The notes beneath the pieces were generated by a model. It worked only from the letters and a program-made list of their open reading frames with translations, did not search any database and was not told the DNA's origin. The position numbers and the translations under genes are program-made. This document shows, piece after piece, positions 1 to 9,071 of a stretch of DNA of 37,690 nt; within the stretch, counting starts at the first letter, position 1, and the number at the start of each line of letters is the position of its first letter. Origin of the DNA: Candidatus Omnitrophota bacterium (GTDB lineage Bacteria > Omnitrophota > Gorgyraeia > Zapsychrales > Zapsychraceae); contig JADFXQ010000014.1 of NCBI GenBank assembly GCA_015233495.1, positions 1 through 37,690 on the forward strand, in the 5' to 3' direction.

Positions 1-127
1 ACAAAGATACATTCCAAGAAAAAACTCATATTGGAGAGACGGATTCAAGTTAAAAGGAAGTTTAGCCACCCGAAATTAGGACATTTTTATTTTGGTAGAA
101 CTAGGACATTATTAATTTGGCTGGACA
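1..127 (+). mobile_element. Right end of an IS1202/ISNCY-like insertion sequence (transposase C-terminus plus terminal repeats), truncated by the window edge
   Basis: Frame 2..79 reads QRYIPRKNSYWRDGFKLKGSLATRN*, resembling the YxP..xWR tail of this transposase group. It is followed by two 19-nt repeats, TAGGACATTTTTATTTTGG (77-95) and TAGGACATTATTAATTTGG (102-120), and ends in GGACA at 127 (5'-TGT terminus on the minus strand). Confidence 0.6.
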
Positions 128-143
128 TAAATTTTAAAAATTA

Positions 144-171
144 TTGATTTGCCGCGGTTGAGGTTTATAAT
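144..171 (+). promoter_or_regulatory. Putative sigma70 promoter of the sulP-ehr operon
   Basis: TTGATT (144-149), 16-bp spacer, TATAAT (166-171) in AT-rich intergenic DNA. Confidence 0.5.
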
Positions 172-174
172 TAT

Positions 175-236
175 TAACAGTTCATGGATTGGGCGTGAAC
201 TGAAATTAGTGATTTGTGATTAGAAGCGACTGTTAT
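175..236 (+). ncRNA. Candidate riboswitch/attenuator aptamer, possibly Na+-I (DUF1646-motif)-like
   Basis: Hairpin CAGTTCATG/CGTGAACTG (178-202) with loop GATTGGG, then AAGCGACTGT directly before an intrinsic terminator upstream of an anion transporter. The class assignment is from memory of the motif and is unverified. Confidence 0.45.
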
Positions 237-272
237 GGCCCTTCTTAATTAAGAGTAGGGCCTTTCTCTTTT
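237..272 (+). terminator. Intrinsic terminator within the 5' leader of sulP
   Basis: GGCCCT-TCTT/AAGA-(GT)-AGGGCC stem with AATT loop followed by TTTCTCTTTT, about 55 nt upstream of the start codon. Confidence 0.65.
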
Positions 273-327
273 ATCGTCACAATTTTTTCAAACAAAGACT
301 CTCTTATGACTAGGAAAGTGTGGAAAA

Positions 328-1980
328 ATGTTTGCCCCGAAGTTGTTCACCTGCCTCAAGGATTATTCCCGTCAACAATTTATTTCCGACTGCATTGCCG
401 GCATGATTGTCGGGGTGGTCGCGATTCCTTTAGCCATTGCCTTCGCGATTGCCTCGGGAGTCACTCCGGATAAAGGTTTAGTCACCGCGATCATTGCCGG
501 GTTTGTGGTTTCGGTTTTGGGCGGCAGCCGGGTGCAGATCGGCGGGCCCACTGGCGCGTTTGTGGTTATTGTTTACGGCATTGTGCAAAAATACGGTGTG
601 GATGGGTTGATCATCGCGTCGTTTTTAGCGGGTATTTTATTGATCATCATGGGCGTGGCAAAATTCGGAACGATCGTCAAATTTATTCCGCATTCGGTGA
701 TCGTCGGGTTTACCAGCGGCATTGCGGCGCTTATTTTTTCTTCGCAGATTAAGGATTTTTTGGGGCTTAAGATCGATAAAATCCCGCCGGAATTTTTGGA
801 AAAATGGCGGGTTTTCTTCGCGCAGGGGAATACGTTTAATCCTTCGGCTTTATGTCTGGGGTTATTAACGATTTTGATTATTGCCCTGGGGCCCAAATAT
901 TTGAAACGGGTTCCGGGAGCGCTCATCGCTTTGTTATTAGTTTCCGGTTTGGCAGCGGTTTTTCATTTACCGGTTGAAACCATTGGCACGCGGTTTGGCG
1001 ATTTGCCGCATTCTTTGCCTTTGCCGCATATTCCGGCGGTGAGTTTGAGCAAGATTCATGAATTATTTCATCCGGCGTTCACGATTGCCATTTTAGGAGC
1101 GATTGAATCTTTGTTGTCCGCGATTGTTTCCGACGGGATGATCGGAGGCCGGCACCGTTCCAACACGGAATTAATCGGCCAGGGATTTGCCAATATCGGT
1201 TCGGCTCTTTTTGGCGGAATTCCCGCTACCGGCGCTATCGCGCGAACGGTCACGAATATCAAGAATGGCGGACGCACTCCCGTAGCGGGAATTGTCCATT
1301 CCTTGACATTATTGATCATCATGTTGTTTTTTGGAGCGATGATTAAATTTGTTCCGTTAGCTTGTCTGGCCGGGATTTTGGTAGTAGTCGCGTATCACAT
1401 GAGCGAATGGCGGTCGTTTCGGGAATTACTCCAAGGTTCGTGGGGGGCGCGTTTGGTTTTGTTGACCACTTTTTTGGTCACGATTTTTGTGGATTTAAAC
1501 GCGGCGATTGAGATTGGCGTGGTGTTATCCGCGTTCATTTTTATGAAACGCATGTCGGATGTCACGAGCATCAAATTGGTTGCCAAAGAAATTGAGGATG
1601 ATGAAAAAGGCGAAGATCGGCCGTTGTCCGCGTTTACGATACCCTTGTATGTGCAGGTTTATGAAATTAATGGCCCTTTGTTTTTTGGCGCGGTCAACCG
1701 GTTTGATGAAATCGATCGGCAGGTCAACGCGCGACCGCGGGTCCGTATTTTGCGTTTTCGCGATGTGCCCTTAATTGACTCGACCGGCCTGCACGCCATC
1801 AAGGCATTTTATGAAAAATGCCGCCGGGAAAACATTCATCTAATTATTACCGGTTTGCATATCCAGCCGCTTAATGAGATGGTGAAAGCGCGGCTTTACG
1901 AATTAATCGGAGAGCATAATGTTTTTTCGAGCATGAAAGAGGCGGTCCACCGCGCGCAAGAAGTTATGTTAGGAAAGTGA
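328..1980 (+). CDS. sulP: SulP/SLC26 family anion (bicarbonate/dicarboxylate/sulfate) transporter with C-terminal STAS domain
   Basis: AGMIVGVVAIPLAIAFAIASG, GGSRVQIGGPTGAF, GAIESLLSA, ATGAIARTVTN motifs; STAS region with GPLFFGA and IDSTG. Confidence 0.95.
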   Translation: MFAPKLFTCLKDYSRQQFISDCIAGMIVGVVAIPLAIAFAIASGVTPDKGLVTAIIAGFVVSVLGGSRVQIGGPTGAFVVIVYGIVQKYGVDGLIIASFLAGILLIIMGVAKFGTIVKFIPHSVIVGFTSGIAALIFSSQIKDFLGLKIDKIPPEFLEKWRVFFAQGNTFNPSALCLGLLTILIIALGPKYLKRVPGALIALLLVSGLAAVFHLPVETIGTRFGDLPHSLPLPHIPAVSLSKIHELFHPAFTIAILGAIESLLSAIVSDGMIGGRHRSNTELIGQGFANIGSALFGGIPATGAIARTVTNIKNGGRTPVAGIVHSLTLLIIMLFFGAMIKFVPLACLAGILVVVAYHMSEWRSFRELLQGSWGARLVLLTTFLVTIFVDLNAAIEIGVVLSAFIFMKRMSDVTSIKLVAKEIEDDEKGEDRPLSAFTIPLYVQVYEINGPLFFGAVNRFDEIDRQVNARPRVRILRFRDVPLIDSTGLHAIKAFYEKCRRENIHLIITGLHIQPLNEMVKARLYELIGEHNVFSSMKEAVHRAQEVMLGK

Positions 1981-1987
1981 TCCGTTT

Positions 1988-2665
1988 ATGGAGTTGACAT
2001 TTCACGATATTGAAACTGCTTTCGGGGTTGATGAATCGATGGTGTATCATTGGCTCAATGCCCAAAAAATGCCGGCGCTGAAGGCCCAGAGCCAGTATTT
2101 TTTCAATTCTGTGGAAGTGCTGGAATGGGCGTTAAAAAATCGGATACCCTTAACGCCGGGAGCGTTGAAATTGTGCGAAAAAAAAAGGAATGGCTTGGAT
2201 GTATTAACTCCGGCTTTGGGGCGCGGCGGAGTGTATCGGAACATTTCCGGCCGGACTCGGGAAGCAGTGCTGAGTCAAGTCATCGATTTGCTCCCCTTGC
2301 CGGAGGCTGCCCCGCGCTCTTTGTTAAAAGAAATGCTTTTATCCCGGGAACAAATCGGGACAACTGCCATTGGCAAAGGGATCGCGATTCCCCATGTCAA
2401 ACATCCGGTGGTTTTGTCAGGAATCGAGCCGTTGGTTGGGGCTTTCTTTTTGGAAAACGAGGTTGATTTCGCGGCTTTTGACAAGCAAAATATTAGCATA
2501 TTGTTTGTGATTTTATCGGCTTCGTTCAAAGAGCATTTGGCGTTATTATCGCGGCTGGCGTTTTGTTTGCAAAACCCTTTAGTGTCAGCGGCTCTAGAAC
2601 AACGGCTCGTAGATGCGCAAGAGTTGCGCGCGGTTTTTCAAGTCGCGGAATCAAAGATAGAATAA
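1988..2665 (+). CDS. Excisionase-like HTH domain fused to PTS EIIA (fructose/Ntr-type) domain
   Basis: N-terminal LTFHDIETAFGVDESMVYHWL...MPALK...YFFNSVEVLEW is HTH_17-like; REQIGTTAIGKGIAIPH is the EIIA phospho-His motif. Confidence 0.88.
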   Translation: MELTFHDIETAFGVDESMVYHWLNAQKMPALKAQSQYFFNSVEVLEWALKNRIPLTPGALKLCEKKRNGLDVLTPALGRGGVYRNISGRTREAVLSQVIDLLPLPEAAPRSLLKEMLLSREQIGTTAIGKGIAIPHVKHPVVLSGIEPLVGAFFLENEVDFAAFDKQNISILFVILSASFKEHLALLSRLAFCLQNPLVSAALEQRLVDAQELRAVFQVAESKIE

Positions 2666-2673
2666 GGATACCC

Positions 2674-4506
2674 ATGATCCGATTTGCGTGGCAGGTTCCT
2701 TTTGGCGAATTTTCCCTCAAGCTGGATCCCTTGAATTTAATATTTCTCTTGTCGATCGCTGTGGTTACGCTTTGCGCCGGATTGTATGCCGGGAGTTATA
2801 TGCGGGCTTACCGCGGCGTCCGGTCCTTAGCGGCGCACGCTTTTTTCTTCAGCGTATTGATCCTTTCTTTAGTTTTGGTGGTTACCGCGAATCATGTTCT
2901 GCTTTTTCTGGGCGCCTGGGAATTGATGGCCGTCGCAACCTATTTTTTAATTATTTTTCATGAAGAAAAAAATTCCGTGCGCCGTTCCGGTTTTTTGTAT
3001 TTGATCGCTACGCATTGCGGCACGTTTTGTTTGTTGGCAATGTTTTTTTTAATGGCCCAGGCAGCGGGATCAATGGATTTTGACCGGATCGCGGCAACTG
3101 CATTTTCTCCGGCAGCGGCGAGCGTTATTTTTATTTTAGCGCTCTTGGGGTTTGGCGTGAAAGCAGGATTTTTTCCGCTGCACATTTGGCTGCCGCACGC
3201 GCACCCGGCCGCGCCTTCGCACGTTTCAGCGCTTTTATCCGGCGTGGCGATTAAAATCGGGATCTACGGTCTTTGCCGAATTATTGCTATAGTGCCGACT
3301 TTGCCGGATTGGTGCGGTTATTTTTTGTTGATGATCGGCGTAGTTTCCGGTCTAATGGGCGTTTTGTATGCCTTGGGCCAGCATGAGCTGAAAAAATTTT
3401 TAGCGTATCATAGCGTTGAGAATATTGGGATCATTGCTTTGGGTTTGGGAGTTGGTTTACTCGGCCGCACCCATCAGCAACCGTTCATCGCGGCGCTGGG
3501 TTTCGCGGGAGGGTTGTTTCATGTTTTGAATCATTCTTTGTTCAAAGCCTTGTTGTTTTTTAGCGCGGGCGCGGTGATGCGGAAAACCGGGACCGGCGCG
3601 ATCGACCAAATGGGCGGCGTGGCCAAGCTCATGCCCTGGACGAGCGGATTATTTTTGATCGGCGCTTTATCCATATGCGGTCTGCCCTTATTCAACGGGT
3701 TTGTCAGTGAATTTTTTGTTTATTTTGCTTTGTTTCAGGGCTTGCTGCTTTTTCCGCTGAAATCCGCGGCTTTTTGCGCGATTGGGATTTTATCTTTGGC
3801 TTTAATGGGATGTTTAGCTTTAGCGTGTTTTACCAAAGTTTATGGGATTGTTTTTTTAGGAGAAGCGCGGAACCCGGATGTAGTGACGTCAACCCGTTCC
3901 CCGCAAGATCGCGGTTTGGATTTACCGGCCGGGATGTTTTTCCCGATGTTGGTTTTAGCTGGGTTGTGTATCTGGATCGGTTTATGCCCTTGGTTTATTG
4001 CTCGATTGACTTGGCAGGCAGGAACCTATCTAACGGCGGTAAATCCGGCTTTCATCTCGGGACAAAAGATTTTTTCAGCTTTAGGGCAGGTGATCGCGGT
4101 TTCGTTCGGATTGCTCGGTATCATGACAATGGTTTTGCTTTTTCAACGGATTGGTTCGCGGATCGCCGCTCTGCCCCGTCGGGAAACCTGGCGCTGCGGG
4201 TTTAGCGGTTTTACTCCCCGGCTGCAATATACGGCGGCATCATTCGCCCGTTCTATACTGGAATGTTTAAAAACGATTTTGGTGTTTCGTAAAACCGGCA
4301 GCGCCGTCTTAGGGGAGTTTCCAGCGAGGGTTTCTTTAGCTTCGGGAGTTCATGACGCGGCGGAAGATTTTGTCTTCCGGCCATTTTATGGACGGTTGCG
4401 GGATCTCGCCAAAGGGATTCAAAAGAACCGTCTGCGCTATACACAAGTCTATTTAATTTACATTTTATTTTTTCTGGTGTTCTTGATAGTGCTCAAATTT
4501 AGGTAA
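2674..4506 (+). CDS. hyfB: HyfB/EhrA-like antiporter-type membrane subunit (NuoL/M/N family)
   Basis: WELMA, GFGVKAGFFPLHIWLPHAHPAAPSHVSALLSG, LAYHSVENIG, GLPLFNGFVSEF. Start moved from 2563 to ATG 2674, which follows AAGGA and avoids overlap with the EIIA gene. Confidence 0.9.
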   Translation: MIRFAWQVPFGEFSLKLDPLNLIFLLSIAVVTLCAGLYAGSYMRAYRGVRSLAAHAFFFSVLILSLVLVVTANHVLLFLGAWELMAVATYFLIIFHEEKNSVRRSGFLYLIATHCGTFCLLAMFFLMAQAAGSMDFDRIAATAFSPAAASVIFILALLGFGVKAGFFPLHIWLPHAHPAAPSHVSALLSGVAIKIGIYGLCRIIAIVPTLPDWCGYFLLMIGVVSGLMGVLYALGQHELKKFLAYHSVENIGIIALGLGVGLLGRTHQQPFIAALGFAGGLFHVLNHSLFKALLFFSAGAVMRKTGTGAIDQMGGVAKLMPWTSGLFLIGALSICGLPLFNGFVSEFFVYFALFQGLLLFPLKSAAFCAIGILSLALMGCLALACFTKVYGIVFLGEARNPDVVTSTRSPQDRGLDLPAGMFFPMLVLAGLCIWIGLCPWFIARLTWQAGTYLTAVNPAFISGQKIFSALGQVIAVSFGLLGIMTMVLLFQRIGSRIAALPRRETWRCGFSGFTPRLQYTAASFARSILECLKTILVFRKTGSAVLGEFPARVSLASGVHDAAEDFVFRPFYGRLRDLAKGIQKNRLRYTQVYLIYILFFLVFLIVLKFR

Positions 4507-4509
4507 ACT

Positions 4510-5436
4510 ATGCTGCTGTTGAAATCGATTGTTTTGCAATGGCTTTATGTAGGGTTGATGGCGCCGTTTTTATGCGGCGTAATAATCAAGACTAAAGCTT
4601 TGGTTGTCGGCCGGGTTGGCCCGCCGCTATTTCAGCCTTTTTATGACCTGCTAAAACTGACGCGCAAGCAGAACGTTTACAGTCAAACCACAACTTTTAT
4701 TTTTCGCTGCGCGCCGGTAGTAGTCCTGTCGTCTTTGCTGATCTTATCGTTGTTTATCCCGCTCATCAGTCAGCCGGCGCCCATCCGGTTTGCGGGAGAT
4801 ATTCTGATGTTTGTATATTTGCTGGGAATCGGCCGGTTTTTCTTGATCGCATCCAGCTTTGACACCGGCTTTAGCTTTGCGGGAATGGGCGCGAGCCGCG
4901 AAGCATTTTTTTCTTGCTTCACGGAAGTCGCATTTTTTATGAATTTGATTATCCTGGCTTTGCTGGCGCAATCCATTTCCTTATCTCAAATGATCGGCGC
5001 GTCAACGCCTTTGTCTTGGCCTTTATTCGGTCCCGCGTTGATCTTAGTCGTTTCTAGCCTATTTCTGATTCTTTTAGCCGAGAACGGCCGCATTCCCGTC
5101 GATGATCCGGCAACGCATTTGGAATTAACCATGATCCATGAAGTCATGATTCTCGATTACAGCGGTCGGGATTTAGCCGCTATGCTTTATGGCGCCATGT
5201 TAAAGTTTTTAATCTTTGCCGGTATTTTAGTGCCCTTGTTGGTCCCGGTGCGCCTGGGGCAGGCTTTTCCGGATTTGTTGGTTTTTACGGCGGGACTTAT
5301 CGCGATTGCGGTATTAGTCGGGATTATTGAGTCAATCATGGCGCGGTTGCGCCTCAACCGGGTCCGGCATCTGCTCTTAGCCGCCTTTGCCTTGGCTTTT
5401 TTTGGGTTCATTGTTACGTTGTGGAGCCGCTTATGA
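4510..5436 (+). CDS. hyfC: HyfC/HycD (NuoH-like) membrane subunit
   Basis: GRVGPPLFQPFYDLLKL, GMGASRE, ENGRIPVDDPATHLELTMIHE motifs. Confidence 0.92.
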   Translation: MLLLKSIVLQWLYVGLMAPFLCGVIIKTKALVVGRVGPPLFQPFYDLLKLTRKQNVYSQTTTFIFRCAPVVVLSSLLILSLFIPLISQPAPIRFAGDILMFVYLLGIGRFFLIASSFDTGFSFAGMGASREAFFSCFTEVAFFMNLIILALLAQSISLSQMIGASTPLSWPLFGPALILVVSSLFLILLAENGRIPVDDPATHLELTMIHEVMILDYSGRDLAAMLYGAMLKFLIFAGILVPLLVPVRLGQAFPDLLVFTAGLIAIAVLVGIIESIMARLRLNRVRHLLLAAFALAFFGFIVTLWSRL

Positions 5437-6089
5437 TGACGACTTGGATTAACGCCAGTTGTATTCTGGTGGTATTTTTAGCCTTGAGTATTCTGGCATC
5501 GTACCGGATGGCAGGCATGATTCACTTGTTTGCCGCGCAATCCTTAGTGGTGGGACTGGTTCCGCTTTTCTTGCGGCAATTTTCTTTATCCCAAAATGAC
5601 CTGATGATCGTCGCCATAACCATTGTTTCAAAATCTTTTATCACTCCGAACATTTTGTTTTGGGCAATCCGTCATGTGCCCACCCGGGCGGAGGTTAAAC
5701 CGTTGATCGGCATTGGCGCGTCTTTGCTGGTAAGCGCGTTATTGATCGCGGTTGCTTTTTGGGTGGCCGCGTCTTTGCAATTGCCCGGACTCAGTAAGTC
5801 GAATTTGGTTCTTCCTTGTTCTTTAGCGGCGGTTTTGTTAGGGTTTATGTTGTTAGTGACCCGGACTCGGGCGATCAGTCAAGTGGTTGGTTATCTGGTC
5901 ATGGAAAATGGGATCTTTTTGTTCGCGTTATCCTTATTCGACGCTATGCCGATTCTGATCGAGATGGGAATTTTATTGGACGTTTTTGTGGCGGTTTTCA
6001 TTATGGCCATAGTCGTTAATCATATTAATGAAGAATTTTCACGCCAGCCGATGACTTTAGTTCGTTCCAAGATGGGAGAAAACACCTGA
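5433..6089 (+). CDS. hyfE: HyfE-like membrane subunit
   Basis: Hydrophobic protein with QVVGYLVMENGIFLF and EMGILLDV. ATG 5433 overlaps the upstream TGA (ATGA). Confidence 0.88.
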   Translation: MMTTWINASCILVVFLALSILASYRMAGMIHLFAAQSLVVGLVPLFLRQFSLSQNDLMIVAITIVSKSFITPNILFWAIRHVPTRAEVKPLIGIGASLLVSALLIAVAFWVAASLQLPGLSKSNLVLPCSLAAVLLGFMLLVTRTRAISQVVGYLVMENGIFLFALSLFDAMPILIEMGILLDVFVAVFIMAIVVNHINEEFSRQPMTLVRSKMGENT

Positions 6090-7507
6090 TGTTGTTTGCG
6101 ATTGTCGCGGTTCCTTTTTTTAGCGGGATGTTAATGTTTCTGCCTTTTTCCAAACCGGTTCGTCTTTGGTTTGTTTTGGGCGCAGCTTTTGCGCACCTGG
6201 TTTTTTGTGGATGTTTCTGGCGATCTATGCCGTGCTCGGAGTTTAACGAATTTTTAACTTTGGATCCCCTAGGGCTGATTGTGCTTTCGATTATCAGCGG
6301 GGTTTTTTGCCTCATAGCTGTTTATGCGATTGGTTATTACGTTCATGAACAACGGAGCAACCGGACTTTTTGCGCTTGTTTATTGTTTTTATTGGCGTCG
6401 ATGACCTTGGTCACGCTCTGTAATCATTTGGGTTTGTTATGGGTCGCGCTCGCTTCTACGACATTATTCGCCGCGCCTTTGATCAGTTTTCATCGCTGCC
6501 CCGAGAGTCTGGAGGCGACATGGAAATATTTATTAGTGTGTTCTGTCGGGGTAGCATTGGCGTTGATGGGAACGTTTTTCTTGGCTTTTGCCGGGCATGA
6601 GGTGCAAACTTTATTTCTTTCGGATATCATCAATGGAAAAATCCTTCTTTCGGGCCGCTGGTTAAAATTGGCCGTGATTTTCATGTCGGTTGGCTACGGG
6701 TGCAAAATGGGTTTGGCGCCCATGCACAGTTGGAAACCGGCGGCATACGGTCAGGCCACGGGAATGGTCGCGGCTTTGATGTCCAGTGTGGTGACCTTAT
6801 GTTCTTTTCTGGCCTTTTGCCGCATCGGTCAAATTTGCGCCAAGTCAGGTCTCAGCGATTTTTATTCATCTCTGTTGTTTATTATGGGAGGGTTGTCTTT
6901 GGTAATTGCTCCGGTTTTGATTTTGGGAGAAGGCGGACTCAAACGAGTGCTGGCTTATTCTTCCGTCGAGAATATGGGGATTTTGGTTTTGGGGCTGGGG
7001 TTTGGCGGTTTGGGAGTTTTCGCCGCTTTATTTCATATGGTTAATAACGCTTTGTCAAAGGCGGTAATGTTTTTGACCGCCGGTTCGATCGCCCAGAAAT
7101 ACGGGTCAACCCGGGTGAGTCATGTCCGCGGCGTGGTGCACGCTTATCCGGTGACCGGAGTATTCTTATTGATCGGCCTTTTCGCCGGTACCGGGATGTT
7201 TCCGTTTGCCACGTTTCACAGCGAGTTAATGGTGATCAACGCGGCGATAATTTCGCGGCATTATGGTTTGGCGGCATTGTTTGTCGCGAGTTTGTCTTTA
7301 ATGTTTATCGGAATGACACGGATCATTTTCGAGATGAGTCAAGGTCCGGCAACCGCTCCGGTATTGGCTAAGCAAGAAAATTTTTGGATGAATGTGGCGA
7401 TAGCTTTGCCGGTATTGGCGCTGGTTATCTTGGGGCTATGGATGCCCGCGCCTTTAGAAATTATGTTGCGCAAAGCGGCTGGGCTGCTAACTCCGGGAGT
7501 TGTTTAG
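6089..7507 (+). CDS. hyfF: HyfF-like antiporter-type membrane subunit
   Basis: SLEATWKYLLVCSVG, GYGCKMGLAPMHSWKP, KRVLAYSSVENMG, FPFATFHSE motifs; coupled to the previous gene (TGATG). Confidence 0.9.
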   Translation: MLFAIVAVPFFSGMLMFLPFSKPVRLWFVLGAAFAHLVFCGCFWRSMPCSEFNEFLTLDPLGLIVLSIISGVFCLIAVYAIGYYVHEQRSNRTFCACLLFLLASMTLVTLCNHLGLLWVALASTTLFAAPLISFHRCPESLEATWKYLLVCSVGVALALMGTFFLAFAGHEVQTLFLSDIINGKILLSGRWLKLAVIFMSVGYGCKMGLAPMHSWKPAAYGQATGMVAALMSSVVTLCSFLAFCRIGQICAKSGLSDFYSSLLFIMGGLSLVIAPVLILGEGGLKRVLAYSSVENMGILVLGLGFGGLGVFAALFHMVNNALSKAVMFLTAGSIAQKYGSTRVSHVRGVVHAYPVTGVFLLIGLFAGTGMFPFATFHSELMVINAAIISRHYGLAALFVASLSLMFIGMTRIIFEMSQGPATAPVLAKQENFWMNVAIALPVLALVILGLWMPAPLEIMLRKAAGLLTPGVV

Positions 7508-7533
7508 CGCCGCCGCGCTTACTGGGTCTGCTT

Positions 7534-9045
7534 ATGCATTTGTTTAACGGCTCAAATATTTTTTTAAAAGATATCCCGGTTTACTCCGAACCGGAGTTTC
7601 GCGGTTTGGTGATTGCGGCTTGTCAAAACGGCGGACGGCTGCTGAATTTTTTTGGTCAGGCGCTTGCGGCGGATTTAATCCGTTTGTTGGCGATCGTGGG
7701 ATATGATGATGAGGGGAAGATCGTGCCTTATGCGACCACCCTATCCGGCTCTCCAGCGTCTTATGAATGTTTAACCAAGGATTGGTTTGCCGCGCATTTA
7801 TTCGAACGGGAGATCGCCGAACAATGGGCGGTTGTGCCGCGGGAGCATCCCTGGTTAAAACCGCTGCGCTATCATGAAAATTATCGCGGTGTCCCGGATG
7901 TGTGGCCGCAGGTGATGGCTAAAACAATTCCGGGAATGTATCCGTTTTATAAAGTCGAGGGAGAAGAGGTCCATGAGGTCGGCGTAGGGCCGGTGCATGC
8001 GGGCATTATTGAGCCGGGACATTTTCGGTTTCAATGCCATGGGGAACAAGTTTTACATTTGGAAATTCAATTAGGTTATCAACACCGCGGGGTTGAGTCA
8101 TTGATGACGAGCGGGGATTTGCGGCGATGCGCATTGCTGAGCGAATCGATTGCCGGAGATACCGTAGTCGGACATTCTACCGCCTTTTGCGAGGTTGTTG
8201 AATCATTATCCGGCTGTCTGATCCCGGCCCGCGCGCAGGCGATACGGGCAGTTGGGCTGGAGCTGGAACGGGTTGCCAACCATGTAGGTGATTTGGCCGC
8301 CTTGAGCGCGGATGTCGGTTTTCTTCCTCCGGCGGCATTTTTTGGACGGATGCGCGGCGATTATTTGAACCTGCTTTTGACTTTGATGGGAAATCGTTTT
8401 GGCAAAGGATTATGCCGGCCGGGAGGAGTTTTATTTGATATCCCGAACGATATGGCGGCTGAGTTGATCCGGGAGCTTAAGGTTTGTCAAAAAGAATTTG
8501 AGGACGTAAGCGAGTTATTGTTCACGCGGCCTTCGGTTTTGGCGCGCTTTGAAGAACTGGGCGTTATTTCGTCCGAATCTGCCTTTAAATATGGGTTAGT
8601 CGGGCCGGCTGGCCGGGCGAGTCAGCTGGCGAGGGACATCCGCACGGATTATGCTTCCGGGATATGGCAATTTTATCATATCCCGGTATCTTTAGCCGCA
8701 ACCGGAGACGTTTATGGCCGCGCCTTGGTCCGGCGGCAGGAGGTCTTGCGCTCTTTGGATTTTTTGATCCGTATTCTTTCCGCCTTGCCGGAAGGTATGA
8801 TTTTTGTGCAACCCGGACCAATGAAAAAAGACGCGATGGCTTTAAGTTTGGTCGAAGGTTGGCGGGGGGAATTGATGCATATCGCGATCACGGACTGGAA
8901 AGGAGACTGGGCGCGGTATAAAATAAAAGATCCCTCGTTTCATAATTGGACCGCGTTGGCCATGAGCATGCGCGGCGAAGAGATTTCGGATTTTCCATTG
9001 TGTAATAAGAGTTTTAACTTATCTTACGCGGGACATGATTTGTAA
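7534..9045 (+). CDS. Ehr large subunit (HyfG/HycE-like NuoC+NuoD fusion) lacking NiFe-binding cysteines
   Basis: LFEREIAEQW (NuoC-like), VGPVHAGIIEPGHFRF, LGYQHRGVE, VEGWRGE, DPSFHNW. The L1 site reads ESIAGD and the L2 site reads FPLCNKSFNLSYAGHDL. Start placed at the first ATG after the hyfF stop. Confidence 0.9.
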   Translation: MHLFNGSNIFLKDIPVYSEPEFRGLVIAACQNGGRLLNFFGQALAADLIRLLAIVGYDDEGKIVPYATTLSGSPASYECLTKDWFAAHLFEREIAEQWAVVPREHPWLKPLRYHENYRGVPDVWPQVMAKTIPGMYPFYKVEGEEVHEVGVGPVHAGIIEPGHFRFQCHGEQVLHLEIQLGYQHRGVESLMTSGDLRRCALLSESIAGDTVVGHSTAFCEVVESLSGCLIPARAQAIRAVGLELERVANHVGDLAALSADVGFLPPAAFFGRMRGDYLNLLLTLMGNRFGKGLCRPGGVLFDIPNDMAAELIRELKVCQKEFEDVSELLFTRPSVLARFEELGVISSESAFKYGLVGPAGRASQLARDIRTDYASGIWQFYHIPVSLAATGDVYGRALVRRQEVLRSLDFLIRILSALPEGMIFVQPGPMKKDAMALSLVEGWRGELMHIAITDWKGDWARYKIKDPSFHNWTALAMSMRGEEISDFPLCNKSFNLSYAGHDL

Positions 9046-9071
9046 TAACGGTAGACGACGGGGCAGAGTAT

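Noticed and set aside
77..127. GGACAT-containing direct repeats as a mini CRISPR array or operator
   Set aside because: Only two 19-nt units with a 6-nt spacer; better explained as IS terminal binding sites.
128..160. XerCD (dif-like) target site next to the IS1202-like end
   Set aside because: No recognisable XerC/XerD arms in the flanking sequence.
2563..2673. Long N-terminal extension of the HyfB-like ORF
   Set aside because: Overlaps the EIIA gene, is hydrophilic, and a good RBS precedes ATG 2674.
7384..7533. Upstream start for the Ehr large subunit
   Set aside because: It would overlap hyfF by over 120 nt with no family similarity.
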